Of a stretch of 64,000 nucleotides of DNA, positions 48,881 to 61,060 are shown piece after piece. The position numbers were made by a program, and so were the translations under genes. The stretch is from Scyliorhinus canicula (taxonomy: Eukaryota): contig NC_052155.1 in the NCBI RefSeq assembly GCF_902713615.1, positions 72,595,328 through 72,659,327 on the forward strand, in the 5' to 3' direction. Each line of letters opens with the position of its first letter. Positions within the stretch are counted from its first letter, which is position 1. A model generated the notes under the pieces. The model was given only the letters and a program-made list of their open reading frames with translations. It had not been told where the DNA came from and did not search any database.

Positions 48881-49251
48881 GACACTGCAGGTTGACTCAT
48901 GGGAGACCGGTGGGGAGGGAGGCTGTCAAGTGTAGTGCGCACCGTTCCAGAGGTTGCCTTCTGTTGCTCGGCCATGGGCCTCTTGGGAGGACCTCACAGA
49001 GGGAAAGGAAGCCTGGATGGGTGGGTGAGCAGTCATCACGGACTGACAGTTTTACTCAAATCTGTGGGTGTGGGGCTTCTGGAGGCAAGGTGTTGGCAAG
49101 GGCAAGGCCAATGAAAAAACTTTTTCTCTGATCAATACCCCGATGCAGTTTGAACCATTGAGCTGTAACTCTATTGACATGCCGGGAGACCAACAACTTC
49201 TGCAATTATGCCTTCTCAAGGACCATGCTGATTGTTGCTTAGCGGTTAACT

Positions 49252-49430
49252 GGGGCTGGTTTAGCACAGTGGGCTAAATAGCTGGCTTGTAATGCAGAAC
49301 AAGGCAGCAGCGTGGGTTTCATTCCCGTACCGGCCTGTCCGAACAGGCGCCGGAATGTGGCGACTCGGGGATTTTCACAGTAACTTCATTGAAGCCTACT
49401 TGTGACAATAAGCGATTATTAATTATTATT
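49252..49430 (+). mobile_element. Short tRNA-derived SINE (tail B), full length
   Basis: A-box ttagcacagtggg, B-box gggtttcattccc, tail B, (att)n. Confidence 0.88.
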
Positions 49431-49870
49431 AACCCTTGGCCATCAGTGCCCAAAATCGCTGACCACCATGGTGTGCCTGCACCATTGGCCAACTGGGATA
49501 GCAAATTAAACAGTTGGTCATGGCGCGCTGCCTAACCATTGGCATTCTGCTGAGATGCATATTGCCAAGTGCCCCCCTCAGACCAAGTTGAGTGCAAGGC
49601 TTTGGAGTGAAGCTTGGAAAAATGCCTGGCCTGAGATAAGAGCTTAGGCTGCAGTAAAGTGGATAGAGCTGTTGCCACGCAGTCATATGGTGTGGGGCAC
49701 CCACCCAGCATGCAAATGACAGACTGGACATCAATGTGGTGGCTAGGAATGAGTTAGTGGGCTTTGACAGGCAGCTTCAGATGATGAAAGGGCAAGAGTG
49801 GTCCTCAGGAGACAGATGCGAACCGTCAAGTCTCTTTCTTTGATACTGCAGTGAGGAGAGCGTACGAAAC

Positions 49871-51400
49871 ATGGAGCCTGGTATTCTCGCTGTCATTCTT
49901 CTCACTCAGAGGCAGGAAGAAGAAGACATCAACAGAGGCACTTTGTTTGCCAAAGGCAGGAGCAAAACTGTAAAGAGGCAGAGGTGTCAGGTCCTGCTCT
50001 GCAGAAGAAGATGAACCCCAGAGCGCAATTACTTAGAGGTGCCTTGTTAGACACCAGCTGTACAGACCTGGGGCTGAATTCTCCCAGAATGGAACTATGT
50101 ACACATGCGGCGTAAAAACGCTGGATTGCTCTCCGGAGTTTCCTGAAAAAAAACCAATTCACTCACCTCCAGGGGGCTGGCAGGAACCCGGAGTAATTCC
50201 CGTAGCTTCAGCTGCAGATACGGGTGCCCGTACTTCCGGTTTTGAGTCCGCGCATGCGCACCAGTGGCCGCGCCGAGCACCCTGGCGGACTCGGATCGAT
50301 CAACCCGATCTGTGCCCTGGCCGCCCATAAGCCCCGATGCCCGATCCCAGAGCAGCCGTGGACTAATTCTGCAGCCGCCACGCAAGGTTCCCGAACGGCA
50401 ATAGATGGTTAGAACCACGCCGTTAGGAACTCGGCCGGTTGGGAGCAGAGGACCGCTGGGCGGGTCTCTGGCAATGGAGTAATTCGCAAACGGAGTCATT
50501 CGTGAAAACACCGATTCCCGGGTCCCGGAGAATCGCTGGACGGCGCCGGGCCCGATTTTGGCATGAAGCTGGATTCTCCGCCCCCGTGCCAAACGCAATT
50601 TTAGCACGGGGCTCCAGTGAATCCAGCCCCAAATATACTGCAGATGGTCAAGAACCAGTGTTGCTGAAGACTGTGCATGTCTAGGAAATTGGTTGGTCCT
50701 TCTGCAGGATTTGGCGCCATGTAGAATTGGAGGGCATCCACTGTCAGTGTTGCTGAAATTACAGCGGTGCTCAATCTTTAGGCTTGTGACTCCTTCGAGG
50801 ACCTCTGCTAATCCATCCAGAGGGTGACAGACACAATCTTCATGAGGGCACACAACTTTGTGCATTTTGACCAGGATCACGCAAGCAAGGGTACAAGATA
50901 GGCTTTGCGCAAATCTCTGGCTTGTCACAGTGCCGGGTGCCATCGACTACACTCACGTGCCACTCAGATCTCTGGGGCACCTAGCTATGTGAACCGAAAG
51001 AGCTTCCACTCTCTGAATATTCAGCTGTCCTGTAACCACATCAAACGCATCCTCTGGGTGTGGATTCCTAGGAAGTGCGCACGAATCGTACATTCTAAAC
51101 CACTCTCTGACACGTGGCATGTTTCAGGATCCATAGAGGCTGCATTGTTGGTTCCTTGGGAACAAGAGCTACCCACTGAGGAGGTGGTCAATGACACCTA
51201 TGTGGAGACCAAAGATTGAAGCTGAGAAGATACAATGAGGCTCATGCTGCAACTTGCAGTTTGGTGAAGCAGACCATTGGGATGCGGGAGATCAGGTTCT
51301 GGTGCCTGGACCAGTCTGGTGGAGCCCACAATCTGCGGAGCGTGTCTTGCATTGTGGTTGCTTGCTGCGCCTGCACAACTTTCTGTCCTGAACGTTTGTG
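49871..51400 (+). pseudogene. Harbinger/PIF DDE transposase fossil, interrupted by MITE 50071-50629
   Basis: GAIDYTHV (~50935-50959), YVNRKSFHSLNIQLSCNH, YNEAHAATCSLVKQTIGMREIRFWCLDQSGG...IVVACC: Harbinger/HARBI1-family motifs with frameshifts. Confidence 0.88.
50071..50629. mobile_element. Harbinger-type MITE inside the transposase fossil
   Basis: gggctgaattctc...gtgaatccagccc TIRs. Confidence 0.75.
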
Positions 51401-51477
51401 AGGACCTAGAGCTCTGGCACCCTTCTGCCCATCTGAGATTTCTCCCTCTCGTTATTAGCCAACTTTACTTGCATGAA

Positions 51478-54450
51478 TACAGATAGACATAGGCACAGAG
51501 AAATAGAGCACAGAACAGGCCCTTCGGCCCACGATGTTGTGCTGAACTTTTGTCCGAGGTTAATCATAGATTATCATAGAATTTTCATAGAATTTTTTAC
51601 AGTGCAGAAGGAGGCCACTGGGCCCATCGAGTCTGCACCGGCTCTTGGGAAGAGCACCCGACCCGAGGTCAACACCTCCACCCTATTCCCATAACCCAGG
51701 AACCCCACCCAACACGAAGGGCAATTTTGGACAGTAAGGGCAATTTATCATGGCCAATCCACCCAACCTGCACATCTTTGGACTGTAAGAGGAAACGGGA
51801 GCACCCGGAGGAAACCCACGCACACATGGGGAGGATGTGCAGACTCCGCACAGACAGTGACCCAAGCCGGAATCGAACCTGGGACCCTGGAGCTGTAAAG
51901 CATTTGTGCTATCCACAATGCTACTGTGCTGCCCTCAAGAACAAATTAATCTACACTCCATTATTCTACCATAATCCATGTACCTATCCAATAGCCGCTT
52001 GAAGGTCCCTAATGTTTCCGACTCAGCTACTTCCACAGGCAGTGCATTCCATATCCCCACTACTCTGTGGGTAAAGAACCTACCTCTGACATCCCCCTAT
52101 ATCTTCCACCATTCACCTTAAATTTATGACACCTTGTAATAGTCTCTGACTATCTACTCTATCTATTCCCCTGATCATCTTATAAACCTCTATCAAGTCA
52201 CCCCTCGTCCTTCTCCATTCTAATGAGAAAAGGCCGAGCACCCTCAACCTTTCCTCGTAAGACCTACTCTCCATTCCAGGCAACATCCTGGTAAATCTCC
52301 TTTGCACCTTTTCCAAAGCTTCCACATCCTTCCTAAAATGAGGTGACCAGAACTGCACATAGTACTCCAAATGTGGCCTTACCAAGGTTTTGTACAGCTG
52401 CATCATCACCTCACGGCTCTTAAATTCAATCCCTCTGCTAATGAACGCTAGCACACCATAGGCCTTCTTCACAGCTTTATCCACTTGAGTGGCAACTTTC
52501 AAAGATCTATGAACATAGACCCTAAGATCTCTCTGCTCCTCCACATTGCCAAGAACCCTACCGTTAACCCTGTATTCCGCATTTATATTTGTCCTTCCAA
52601 AATGGACAACCTCACACTTGTCAGGGTTAAACTCCATCTGCCACTTCTCAGCCCAGCTCTGCATCCTATCTATGTCTCTTTGCAGCCGACAACAGCCCTC
52701 CTCACTATCCACAACTCCACCAATCTTCGTATCATCATCAAATTTACTGACCCACCCTTCAACTCCCTCATCCAAGTCATTAATGAAAATCAGAAACAGC
52801 AGAGGACCCAGAACTGATCCCTGCGGTACGCCACTGGTAACTGGGCTCCAGGCTGAGTATTTGCCATCCACCACCACTCTCTGACTTCTATCGATTAGCC
52901 AGTTCGTTATCCAACTGGCCAAATTTTCCACTATCCCATGCCTCCTTACTTTCTGCATAAACCTACCATGGGGAACCTTATCAAATGCCTTACTAAAATC
53001 CATGTACACTACATCCACTGCTTTACCTTCATCCACATGCTTGGTCACCTCCTCAAAGAAGTCAATAAGACTTGTAAGGCAAGACCTACCCCTCACAAAT
53101 CCGTGCTGACTATCCCTAATCAAGCAGTGTCTTTCCAGATTCTCAGAAATCCTATCCCTCAGTACCCTTTCCATTACTTTGCCTACCACCGAAGTAAGAC
53201 TAACTGGCCTATAATTCCCAGGGTTATCCCTATTCCCTTTTTTGAACAGGGGCACAACATTCGCCACTCTCCAATCCCCTGCTACTACCCCTGTTGACAG
53301 TGAGGACGAAAAGATCATTGCCAACGGCTCTGCAATTTAATTTCTTGCTTCCCATAGAATCCTTGGATATATCCCGTCAGGCCCGGGGGACTTGTCTATC
53401 CTCAAGTTTTTCAAAACGCCAACATATCTTCCTTCCTAACAAGTGTCTCCTCGAGCTGACCAGTCTGTTTCACACTGTCCTCTCCAACAATATGACCCCT
53501 CTTGTTTGTAAATACTGAAGAAATGTACTCTCCTGTACTCAAGACCTCTCCTGTCTCTTCAGACTCAAAATACAATCTCCCGCTACTGTCCTTGATCGGA
53601 CCTACACTCGCTCTAGTCATTCTCATATTTCTCACGTATGTGTAAAAGGCCTTGGGGTTTTCCTTGATCCTACCCGCCAAAGATTTTTCATGCCCTCTCT
53701 TAGCTCTCCTAATCCCTTTCTTCAGTTCCCTCCTGGCTATCTTATATCCCTCCAACGCCCTGTCTGAACCTCGTTTCCTCAGTCTTACATAAGTCTCCTT
53801 CTTCCTCTTAACAAGACATTCAACCCCTCTTGTCAACCATGGTTCCCTCACTTGACCATCTCTTCCATGCCTGACAGGGACATACATATCAAAGACACGC
53901 AGTACCTGTTCCTTGAACAAGTTCCACATTTCACTTGTGTCCTTCCCTGACAGCCGATGTTCCCAACTTATGCACTTCAATTCCTGTCTGACAGCTTTGT
54001 ATTTACCCTTCCCCCAATTGTAAACCTTGCCCTGTTGCACGTGCCTATCCTTCTCCATTACTAAAGTGAAAGTCACAGAATTGTGGTCACTACCTCCAAA
54101 ATGCTCCCCCACTAACAAATCTATCACCTGCCCTGGTTCGTTACCAAGTACCAAATCCAATATGGCCTCCCTTCTGGTCGGACAATCTACATACTGTGTT
54201 AGAAATGTTTCCTGGACACACTGCACAAACACCACCCCATCCAAACTATTTGATCTAAAGAGTTTCCACTCAATGTTTGGGAAGTTGAAGTCACCCATGA
54301 CTACCCTGTGACTTCTGCACCTTTCCAAAATCTGTTTCCCAATCTGTTCCTCCACATCTCTGCTGCTACTGGGGGGCCTATAGAAAACTACCAACAAGGT
54401 GACTGCTCCTTTCCTATTTCTGACTTCAACCCATACTACCTCAGATGGAT
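51478..54450 (-). mobile_element. CR1 LINE, ~3 kb, 5'-truncated, relatively young
   Basis: ORF2 endonuclease and RT regions, 3' UTR and tail. Confidence 0.95.
51563..51934 (-). mobile_element. HE1/V-SINE embedded co-directionally in the CR1 3' UTR
   Basis: Complete SINE, with CR1 3' UTR on one side and the CR1 terminal tail (51478-51560) on the other. Confidence 0.9.
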
Positions 54451-54463
54451 AGATTATAAGCAA
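52113..54463 (-). pseudogene. CR1 ORF2 (APE endonuclease plus reverse transcriptase), disrupted
   Basis: 53411-54463: VVFYRPP, MGDFN, LDLVL, SDHN; 52113-53324: YRPVSLTS, DFSKAFD, GVPQGSVLGP, catalytic FADD mutated to FDDD; frame break between the two ORFs. Confidence 0.93.
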
Positions 54464-54659
54464 GGCCTGTGCCAGGGTGCATGATAAGGAACGCCTGGCA
54501 GGTGTGGATGCTGAGTGGGATCAGAGAGGTGATGAAGACTCGACTCACAGTGGAGATGTGTGGGAGAGCAAGTGGTGGTGACCTGTGATTTGGCAGTGAG
54601 TGAGATCCCGATGGATGTGTGATGGGTGTGTGCGTTGAGAGTGATGTGAAGAGTGACTT

Positions 54660-54890
54660 ATCCCAGCAGAATGGAGGAGATCATTCATCCTCTTGCTGCA
54701 CTGGATGGCTGTCCTCTTCTGCAGGACATTGGCTCTCACGACCATTGCCATTGCCTCCCATGCTGAGTAGATGACCTCACTGGCTGGTTTTCCAGCATGG
54801 GTAGACAACATCCGGTTGGGGCTTTACTGCATCCAGGAGTTTGTCCAGGGTGGTGTCCGAAAACCTTGGGGGGGATTTCTTGGCAGCCAT
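54660..54890 (-). pseudogene. Harbinger ORF2 Myb/SANT-like DNA-binding domain fossil
   Basis: MAAKKSPPRFSDTTLDKLLDAV...YP and, after a frameshift, AWEAMAMVVRANVLQKRTAIQCSKRMNDL; convergent with the transposase. Confidence 0.82.
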
Positions 54891-56262
54891 CACTTCCCGG
54901 CGATCTACAAAGTATGTCTGGTGTGAACCGGGGCGACCCTGATGATTACAGCATTGAGGTGTTAGCTGTGAAGTGGGTGAATCAGAGGCCGTTCCACCAG
55001 CGAAATGGCATGGAACCTGTAGATCAATGTTTTTCGCACTAAGTACTGCATTATACAACAGGAAAACGCCATTGCTGTCGATGGACTCAATGGCACTTTT
55101 CCCTCTCGCCATCGGTCTTTGCCGATTCCCATAAAAAACTCATTCCTTGTTTTAGTCAGTACCAGGAATATAATCTTTTTTGATTGAGAAAACTAGGGTT
55201 AAGGAGGGACAACTGTGAGCATAGTGAGCTGTATTGTGCAGAATGATAAAAGGAAACGAGTCGGAAGGAAGGAAAAGATGATACAACTAGCCACCCCAGA
55301 CAGTGCTTATATACTTCCCAGCAGCTGGGATCAAAAGCAACATGGGTGTGATGCTAAACTGAAGTGAAACCAGCATTTATGTTAGCAGCATGAAAGGATA
55401 AGATGTAGAAGGGGAATTCAAACAGTAGGAGCACTTGATTCCTAACCAGACTCTCAATATTGCCCATCAATCAAGCTCAGTCACATTGATTTATTCGAAT
55501 CTAGACCAAGCCACTCGAGACAATACAGTGTTAAGATATAGTGTTCTATTTCAGTGAAAGAAAAACAAAAAGTCTTAAATTGATTGATCACAGAAGGGCA
55601 GTGAAATATTGAAAGAAACTCTGAAAACTGTCACCCTTAAAGGTCATTTTCATGAGTGGACATTTATTTCTGTGTCACGTATCTGCGCAGGTAGATTTTT
55701 TAATGTCAATTTTATCTTACCGTCTTTTACCATCATTTTGTTTCCCATGTTTGATTCCTTCTTTGATTTATTGAACGTTTTCATGGTCAGCACAATGCTA
55801 CTTTCTGAACCGCCTTCCAGGGGTGTATTTGGGAAGCATGGTGAGTGACCCAGTCAGCTCTCTCACACGTACATGTGTGCACCATTGGGATTAGTGAAGT
55901 GAACACAAAGAAATATTAGTATAATTATCAGTTAAAACTGAATTCAAACTGTTTGGGATTGCAGGTAATTGACCTTCCTGGTAGAAACTGGATGGAGAAT
56001 TGAATTGCCATGGTGACGTGCCCTCTCTAATACTGCTGCCTTTCTGCAGTTTGGAATCTCGTTTGAGTAGGCAAGCAAAACCTTTCCCAAATGGCAACAA
56101 GGTCCTCCTTCAAATATGTAGATCAGGATCCAATTATTTCTTTGCGACCTGACTGCAATTTTGGTTGGAATATTGTGTGAAAAAGTCATTGCGATTTCCC
56201 CGCCAAGCCTGCCTGGTGGCAAGTAAAGCCGAATAAAATCCCCAAAAAGTATTTGGGACATT

Positions 56263-57274
56263 GAGTGCAATCTGCCGGCCACGTTGCGCCCAAAAGGTGG
56301 CGCGGCGGAACGCGACCAGTAGATCCAGGAAATCCCTCTTCTAGGATCTATCACAATCCCTTGAGATGTCGCTATGTGAATTCCGCCCATTGTGGGTGGA
56401 TCACTTTTTGGAAAATCTGCATATTAGAGCGAGACAGCTAGTCTCATTCGAATATGCATTCCCATGATCTACCCAATCGGGATCTAACCCCCTCTCCTTG
56501 GAAATCTCGGGCGAGTGCCGTTCAGTGTTGGTTTGCACAAGGTGCCAAGATGCCCGGGGTACCCTGCGCGGGTTGGCCTGAGGACCCCCTTATAGATGTT
56601 CGGGAGCGCTTCGGGGGGGGGAGATCAGGGCCATTTAATTGGGCCCTAATCTCGTTCTGCACTGAGGAGTTCCAGTGAGCAGAGCTCCTCAATGAAGAAA
56701 ATGGGACTAAGTGCGTTCCCTGCTGAGGCCCCATATCTACCCGAATTGGCGTTCAATAGCATGATGTTTCTCAGCGCTTCAAATGCTGGGATTGATTGCT
56801 CCCCCTTCCACAAACATTCAAACCCTCCACCACCAACGAAAGTGCCCACCATGTGTACCATCTATACGTTGCACTGCAGTAACTCGCCTCGGTTTTTTAG
56901 ACATCATGACCAAACCCATGACCACTACCATCTAGAAGGACAAGAGCAGCAGATACCTGGGAACCCCACCACTTGGATGTTCCTCTCCAAGCCACTGACC
57001 AACCTGACTTGGAAATATATTGCCATTCCTTCACCGTTGCTGGGCTAACATTGTGGAACTCCCTCCTTAACAGCACAGTGGACATACCTACGCCTCAAGG
57101 ACTGCAGCGGTTCAAGAAGGCAACTACCACCACCTTCTGAACGGCAACTAGGGATGGGCATTAAATGCTGGCCTAATCAGCAACGCCCACATCCAGTAAA
57201 TTAATTTAAAAGAAGAAACACCGGCTAAACGCGGTCGGTACAGGACTCTGTTCCCATTCGGGTAGATCGCACCC
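56263..57274. mobile_element. Harbinger-type MITE with nested LINE 3' end
   Basis: gagtgcaatctgcc...ggtagatcgcaccc, TSD att/att. Confidence 0.8.
56800..57212 (+). mobile_element. CR1/L2-group LINE 3' end, tail donor of the MetaSINE-like SINE
   Basis: ...TLWNSL...FKK-type C-terminus, then gggatgggcattaaatgctggcc...cgcccacatcc and an A-rich end; also at 16135-16350. Confidence 0.7.
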
Positions 57275-57277
57275 ATT

Positions 57278-57699
57278 GGCCGGGATTCTCCCTTACCCGG
57301 TGGGGCGGGGGGTCCCGGCGTGATGGAGTGGCGTGAACCACTCTGGCGTCGGGCCGCCTCAAAGGTGCGGAATTCTCCGCACCTTTAGGGGCCAAGCCCT
57401 CACATTGAGGGGCTAGGCCCACACCGGAGTGGTTCCCACTCCGCCGGCTGGCGTGAACGGCCTTTGGCGCCACGCCAGCCGGGGCCGAAAGGACTTCACC
57501 GGCCGACATCAGTCCGCTCATGCGCCGGAGCGTCAGCGGCTGCTGATGTCATACCGGCGCATGCGCAGGGGAGAGGGTCTCTTCCGCCTCCGCCATGGTG
57601 AAGACCATGGCGAAGGCGGAAGAAAAAGAGTGCCTCCACAGCAGAGGCCCACCCACCGATCGGTGGGCCCCGATTGCGGGGGGTCAGAGAATCCCGCCC
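57278..57699. mobile_element. Harbinger-type MITE (internally deleted copy of the 42886 family)
   Basis: ggccgggattctc...gagaatcccgccc, TSD att/att, left att shared with the previous MITE. Confidence 0.85.
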
Positions 57700-57715
57700 A
57701 TTATGTTTTAATCCC

Positions 57716-58155
57716 CTCATGGAGAGGTTGAATAAACTCGGTTTGTTCTCACTGGAACGACGGAGGTTGAAGGGCAATTTGATAAAGTTCTACAAAATTA
57801 TGAGAGGCATAGGCAGAATGGATAGTCAGAGGCTTTTTCCCAGGGTCGAGGTGCCAATGCCTAGGGGGCATAGGTTTAAGGTGCGTGGGGCAAGGTTTAG
57901 AGGAGATGAACGAGGTACGTTTTTTATACAGAGGGTAGTGGGTGCCTGGAACTCGCTGCCGGAGGAGGTGGTGGAAGCAGGGATGATAGTAACGTTTCAG
58001 GGGCACCTTGACAAATACATGAATAGGATGGGAATAGAAGGATACGGACCCCGGAAGTGCAGGAGATTTTAGTTTAGACGGGCAGCATGATCAGCACAGG
58101 CTTGGAGAGCCGAAGGGCCTGTTCCTGTGCTGTACTTTTCTTTGTTCTTTGTTCT
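57716..58155 (+). mobile_element. CR1 LINE 3' end
   Basis: ERLNKLGLFSLERRRLKGNLI...FFIQRVVGAWNSLP; (ttctttg)n tail. Confidence 0.92.
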
Positions 58156-59539
58156 TTTGACCATGGAAGTAGAATTGCTGCTTCAAGCTCAATAAGAAAG
58201 TCATAGACCTCCCCACTTAAGGATCTCCAAGCAAAAGGTCATCCCTCCCATCCCCACTCGAAAGCTCACTGATGACAACATTTCTTCAGGTTCCTGTAGG
58301 CATTCTACTGCTGTCCAGCAACCATGACCCTCCCTCCCAGCCGACTACTACTTCCAGCAAAATTCATGACAGCCTGGGATTAAAAGCTCCTGGCTGTAGT
58401 GGATCAGATGTGTTACCATGGATTGCGCTTGTCACTGGGTGTTAAGCTCTGGGCTTTGGGCCTCGGTCAGTCACTTTTTTGGCATTATGCACTTGTAAAA
58501 TAAAGGGAGTAAGATTTATCATCTTAATTTGCCACACTAACCAAATGTTTCAGAATACCAGTGGAAACGTAATTGCTATCTCACTATAATAATCACCATT
58601 GTTATGAACATTTTTCATAATCTTGCCCTTCATCTATGAAGGTGTTGTAACCGTGCTCCCAGTGGTGAAGAAACATTTACTTGTGTTTTTTACTTAGAAC
58701 ATTTCTATCTCTATCTCTGTGTTACAGTCATTGCAATAACATTCTACAGGAATCACTGGAAGTTCACTTTTATCAGTTAGCACTGTCCACAATCCATACT
58801 GAAAGGCAAACAATGATTTGCCGTCATTATTGTATTGATTCATGGGACGACTGTGATTTTGCATTTCAGCGAACATGTGCCTGTCCAGTTCTTTGAGTTT
58901 ATAGATTTCTCAGCGACCTAGCAACAAGCTTTTCACCGAACCTGCAAAATCTTTAGATAAACACGATGTGTTGATGAGCACTAAATTAAATCAGGGACTA
59001 CAAAGCAACCCAGGTTATATTTCATTCTCTTTTCATTCATTTAAATTTGACTTACCAATGATCTGTGGGCACAATATAATCAACCACCTCAGAAAACAAC
59101 ACAAGCAACAAGCTGAATGACAGCCTCTTATTACAACAAAGGAAAAACACATTTCATACTTTAAACATTTGTATCTGAGACAATTGGACAGCCACTTCAC
59201 TTTGTTACTGAGTCTAGCAGCATGCATATTTTTAAATGATAGTTTACAATAAAGCTGCGATGTACGTCCAAATAATTAATTTTTTGACATCTCATTTGCG
59301 GCATTCAAAATCTAAATGGATTCTACCATTATCTCCATCACTGTAGAGAAATAGATAGTGTTCGCCAATAGAAAAATGAGAAAGAGACTTATCTTGAAAG
59401 AGGTTTGGTTAATTTCACCCCTGATGGTTAGTGTTACAGTGAGTCTGTTAAAACCATGCATAACGTCCCATAGATGAACAAAACTGTCACCATTGACCCT
59501 GCCACCGATTCTGTCCCGTCGTCAGAAAATTCAGACTCC

Positions 59540-59783
59540 TGTTGTGTGTTGTCTCGTGAAGAGATCTGGAGGCTTACAGGGTTGAATAATAACTGTTTAT
59601 TAAAACAACATAACTGTGTACAATGTATAGAATGCCATCCTGATTTGCTGCTATCTTCATGCCAACTTCCACCAGACTCACTAGTACCCACGACCACTCC
59701 CACGTGACTCCTTACCTCATATTATTGGGGACTGTTCCTCCCAACTTGCATTAACTTTCAGTCCTGAACACCCGAACACTACA
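59540..59783 (-). mobile_element. Possible solo LTR
   Basis: tgttgtgt...acactaca inverted ends, minus-strand AATAAA; no TSD. Confidence 0.4.
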
Positions 59784-59808
59784 CCAACCTCGCACTGTGT
59801 CAAGCAGA

Positions 59809-59971
59809 GTAAGAAGTCTTACGACACCAGGTTAAAGTCCAGAAGGTTTGTTTCAAATCACTAGCTTTCAGAGCACTGCTCCTTCCTTGAAACAAACCTG
59901 TTGGACTTTAACCTGGTGTTGTAAGACTTCTTACTGTGCTCACCCCAGTCCAATGGCGGCATCTCCACATC
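59809..59971 (+). mobile_element. Short Penelope-derived fold-back insertion
   Basis: 49-bp inverted arms (46/49 matches), 12-bp TSD gtgtcaagcaga, hammerhead-stem remnant in the loop. Confidence 0.75.
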
Positions 59972-60117
59972 GTGTCAAGCAGAAACAAAGAGTGGGATTT
60001 TCTGGCCCCGACAGTGATGGGTATCCTTGTGGGCAGGATTGGGAAAATTTGAATAACCGTTAAAAATCAACTGCCCCTCCAAACTTACCCCTCCTACCTG
60101 GGAATTACACAGAATTC

Positions 60118-60820
60118 TTAGGAGTATTGACAGCAGAGAAATTTGGGCATTACAGGTCCACAGATCACTGAAAGTAGCAGGTGGATAAGGTAATCAAGAA
60201 GGCATATAGCATGCTTGCGTTCGTCGATCGGGACATTGAGTTTGAAAATTGGCAAGTTACGCTGCAGCTGTACAGAACCTTAGTTAGGCCACATTTTAAA
60301 TATTGTGTACAATTCTGGTCGCCACACTACCAGAAGGATGTGGATGCATTGGAGATGGTACAGAAGAGGTTTACCAGGATGTTGCCTGGTCTGGAGGGTG
60401 TTAGCTATGAGGTCAGATAAACTCGGATTGTTTGCACTGGAATAATGGAGGTTGCGAGGCGACCTGATAGAGGTTTACAAAATTATGAGTGGCGTGGACA
60501 GCGTGGATAGCTTTTTCCCAGGGTGGAAAAATAAATTACTAGAGGACATCGGTTTAAGGTGCAAGAGGGAAAGTTTAGAGGAGATGTGCGAGGCAAGTTT
60601 GTCTACACAGAGGGTAGTGAGTGCCTGGGGAGGTGGTGGAAGCAGATACGATAGCGACGTTTAAGAGGCACGTTGACAAATACATGAGTAGGATGGGAAT
60701 AGAGGGATACGGACCCCGGAAGTACAGAAGGTTTTAGTGTAGACAGGCAGCATGATTGGCACAGGCTTGAAGGGCCACAGGGCCTGTTCCTCTGCTGTAC
60801 TGTTCTTTGTTCTTTGTTCA
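60118..60820 (+). mobile_element. CR1 LINE 3' end
   Basis: LYRTLVRPHFKYCVQFWSPHY; tail as at ~58110-58155. Confidence 0.9.
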
Positions 60821-60864
60821 TTTAATGAGACTGTAGAACATCTATAGAACTTATGAAGGCTATT

Positions 60865-61060
60865 GTTTTTTTTATAAATTTAGAGTATCCAATTATTTTT
60901 TTTTTCGAATTAAGGGGCAATTTAGTGTGGCCAATCCACCTAACCTACACATCTGCCCATTGTTGTGGGGGTGAAACCCACGCAGACACGGGGACAATGT
61001 GCAAACTCCACATGGACAGTGACCCAGGGCTGGGATTCGTACCATGTGCCATGTGCCGCC
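60865..61060 (-). mobile_element. Short V-SINE variant (tail C)
   Basis: Deleted core and A/T tail, as at 33075-33299. Confidence 0.8.

Noticed and set aside
49252-49335. tRNA gene (and other tRNA-like heads)
   Set aside because: All continue into SINE bodies or tails and lack a proper cloverleaf and immediate terminator.
49871-51400. Host gene HARBI1
   Set aside because: Multiple frameshifts, nested insertions and a linked Myb ORF indicate a transposon fossil, not the domesticated gene.
59857-59886. Active hammerhead ribozyme (also ~21105-21148 and ~9340-9378)
   Set aside because: The CUGANGA and/or GAAA core nucleotides are deleted or mutated in every copy here.
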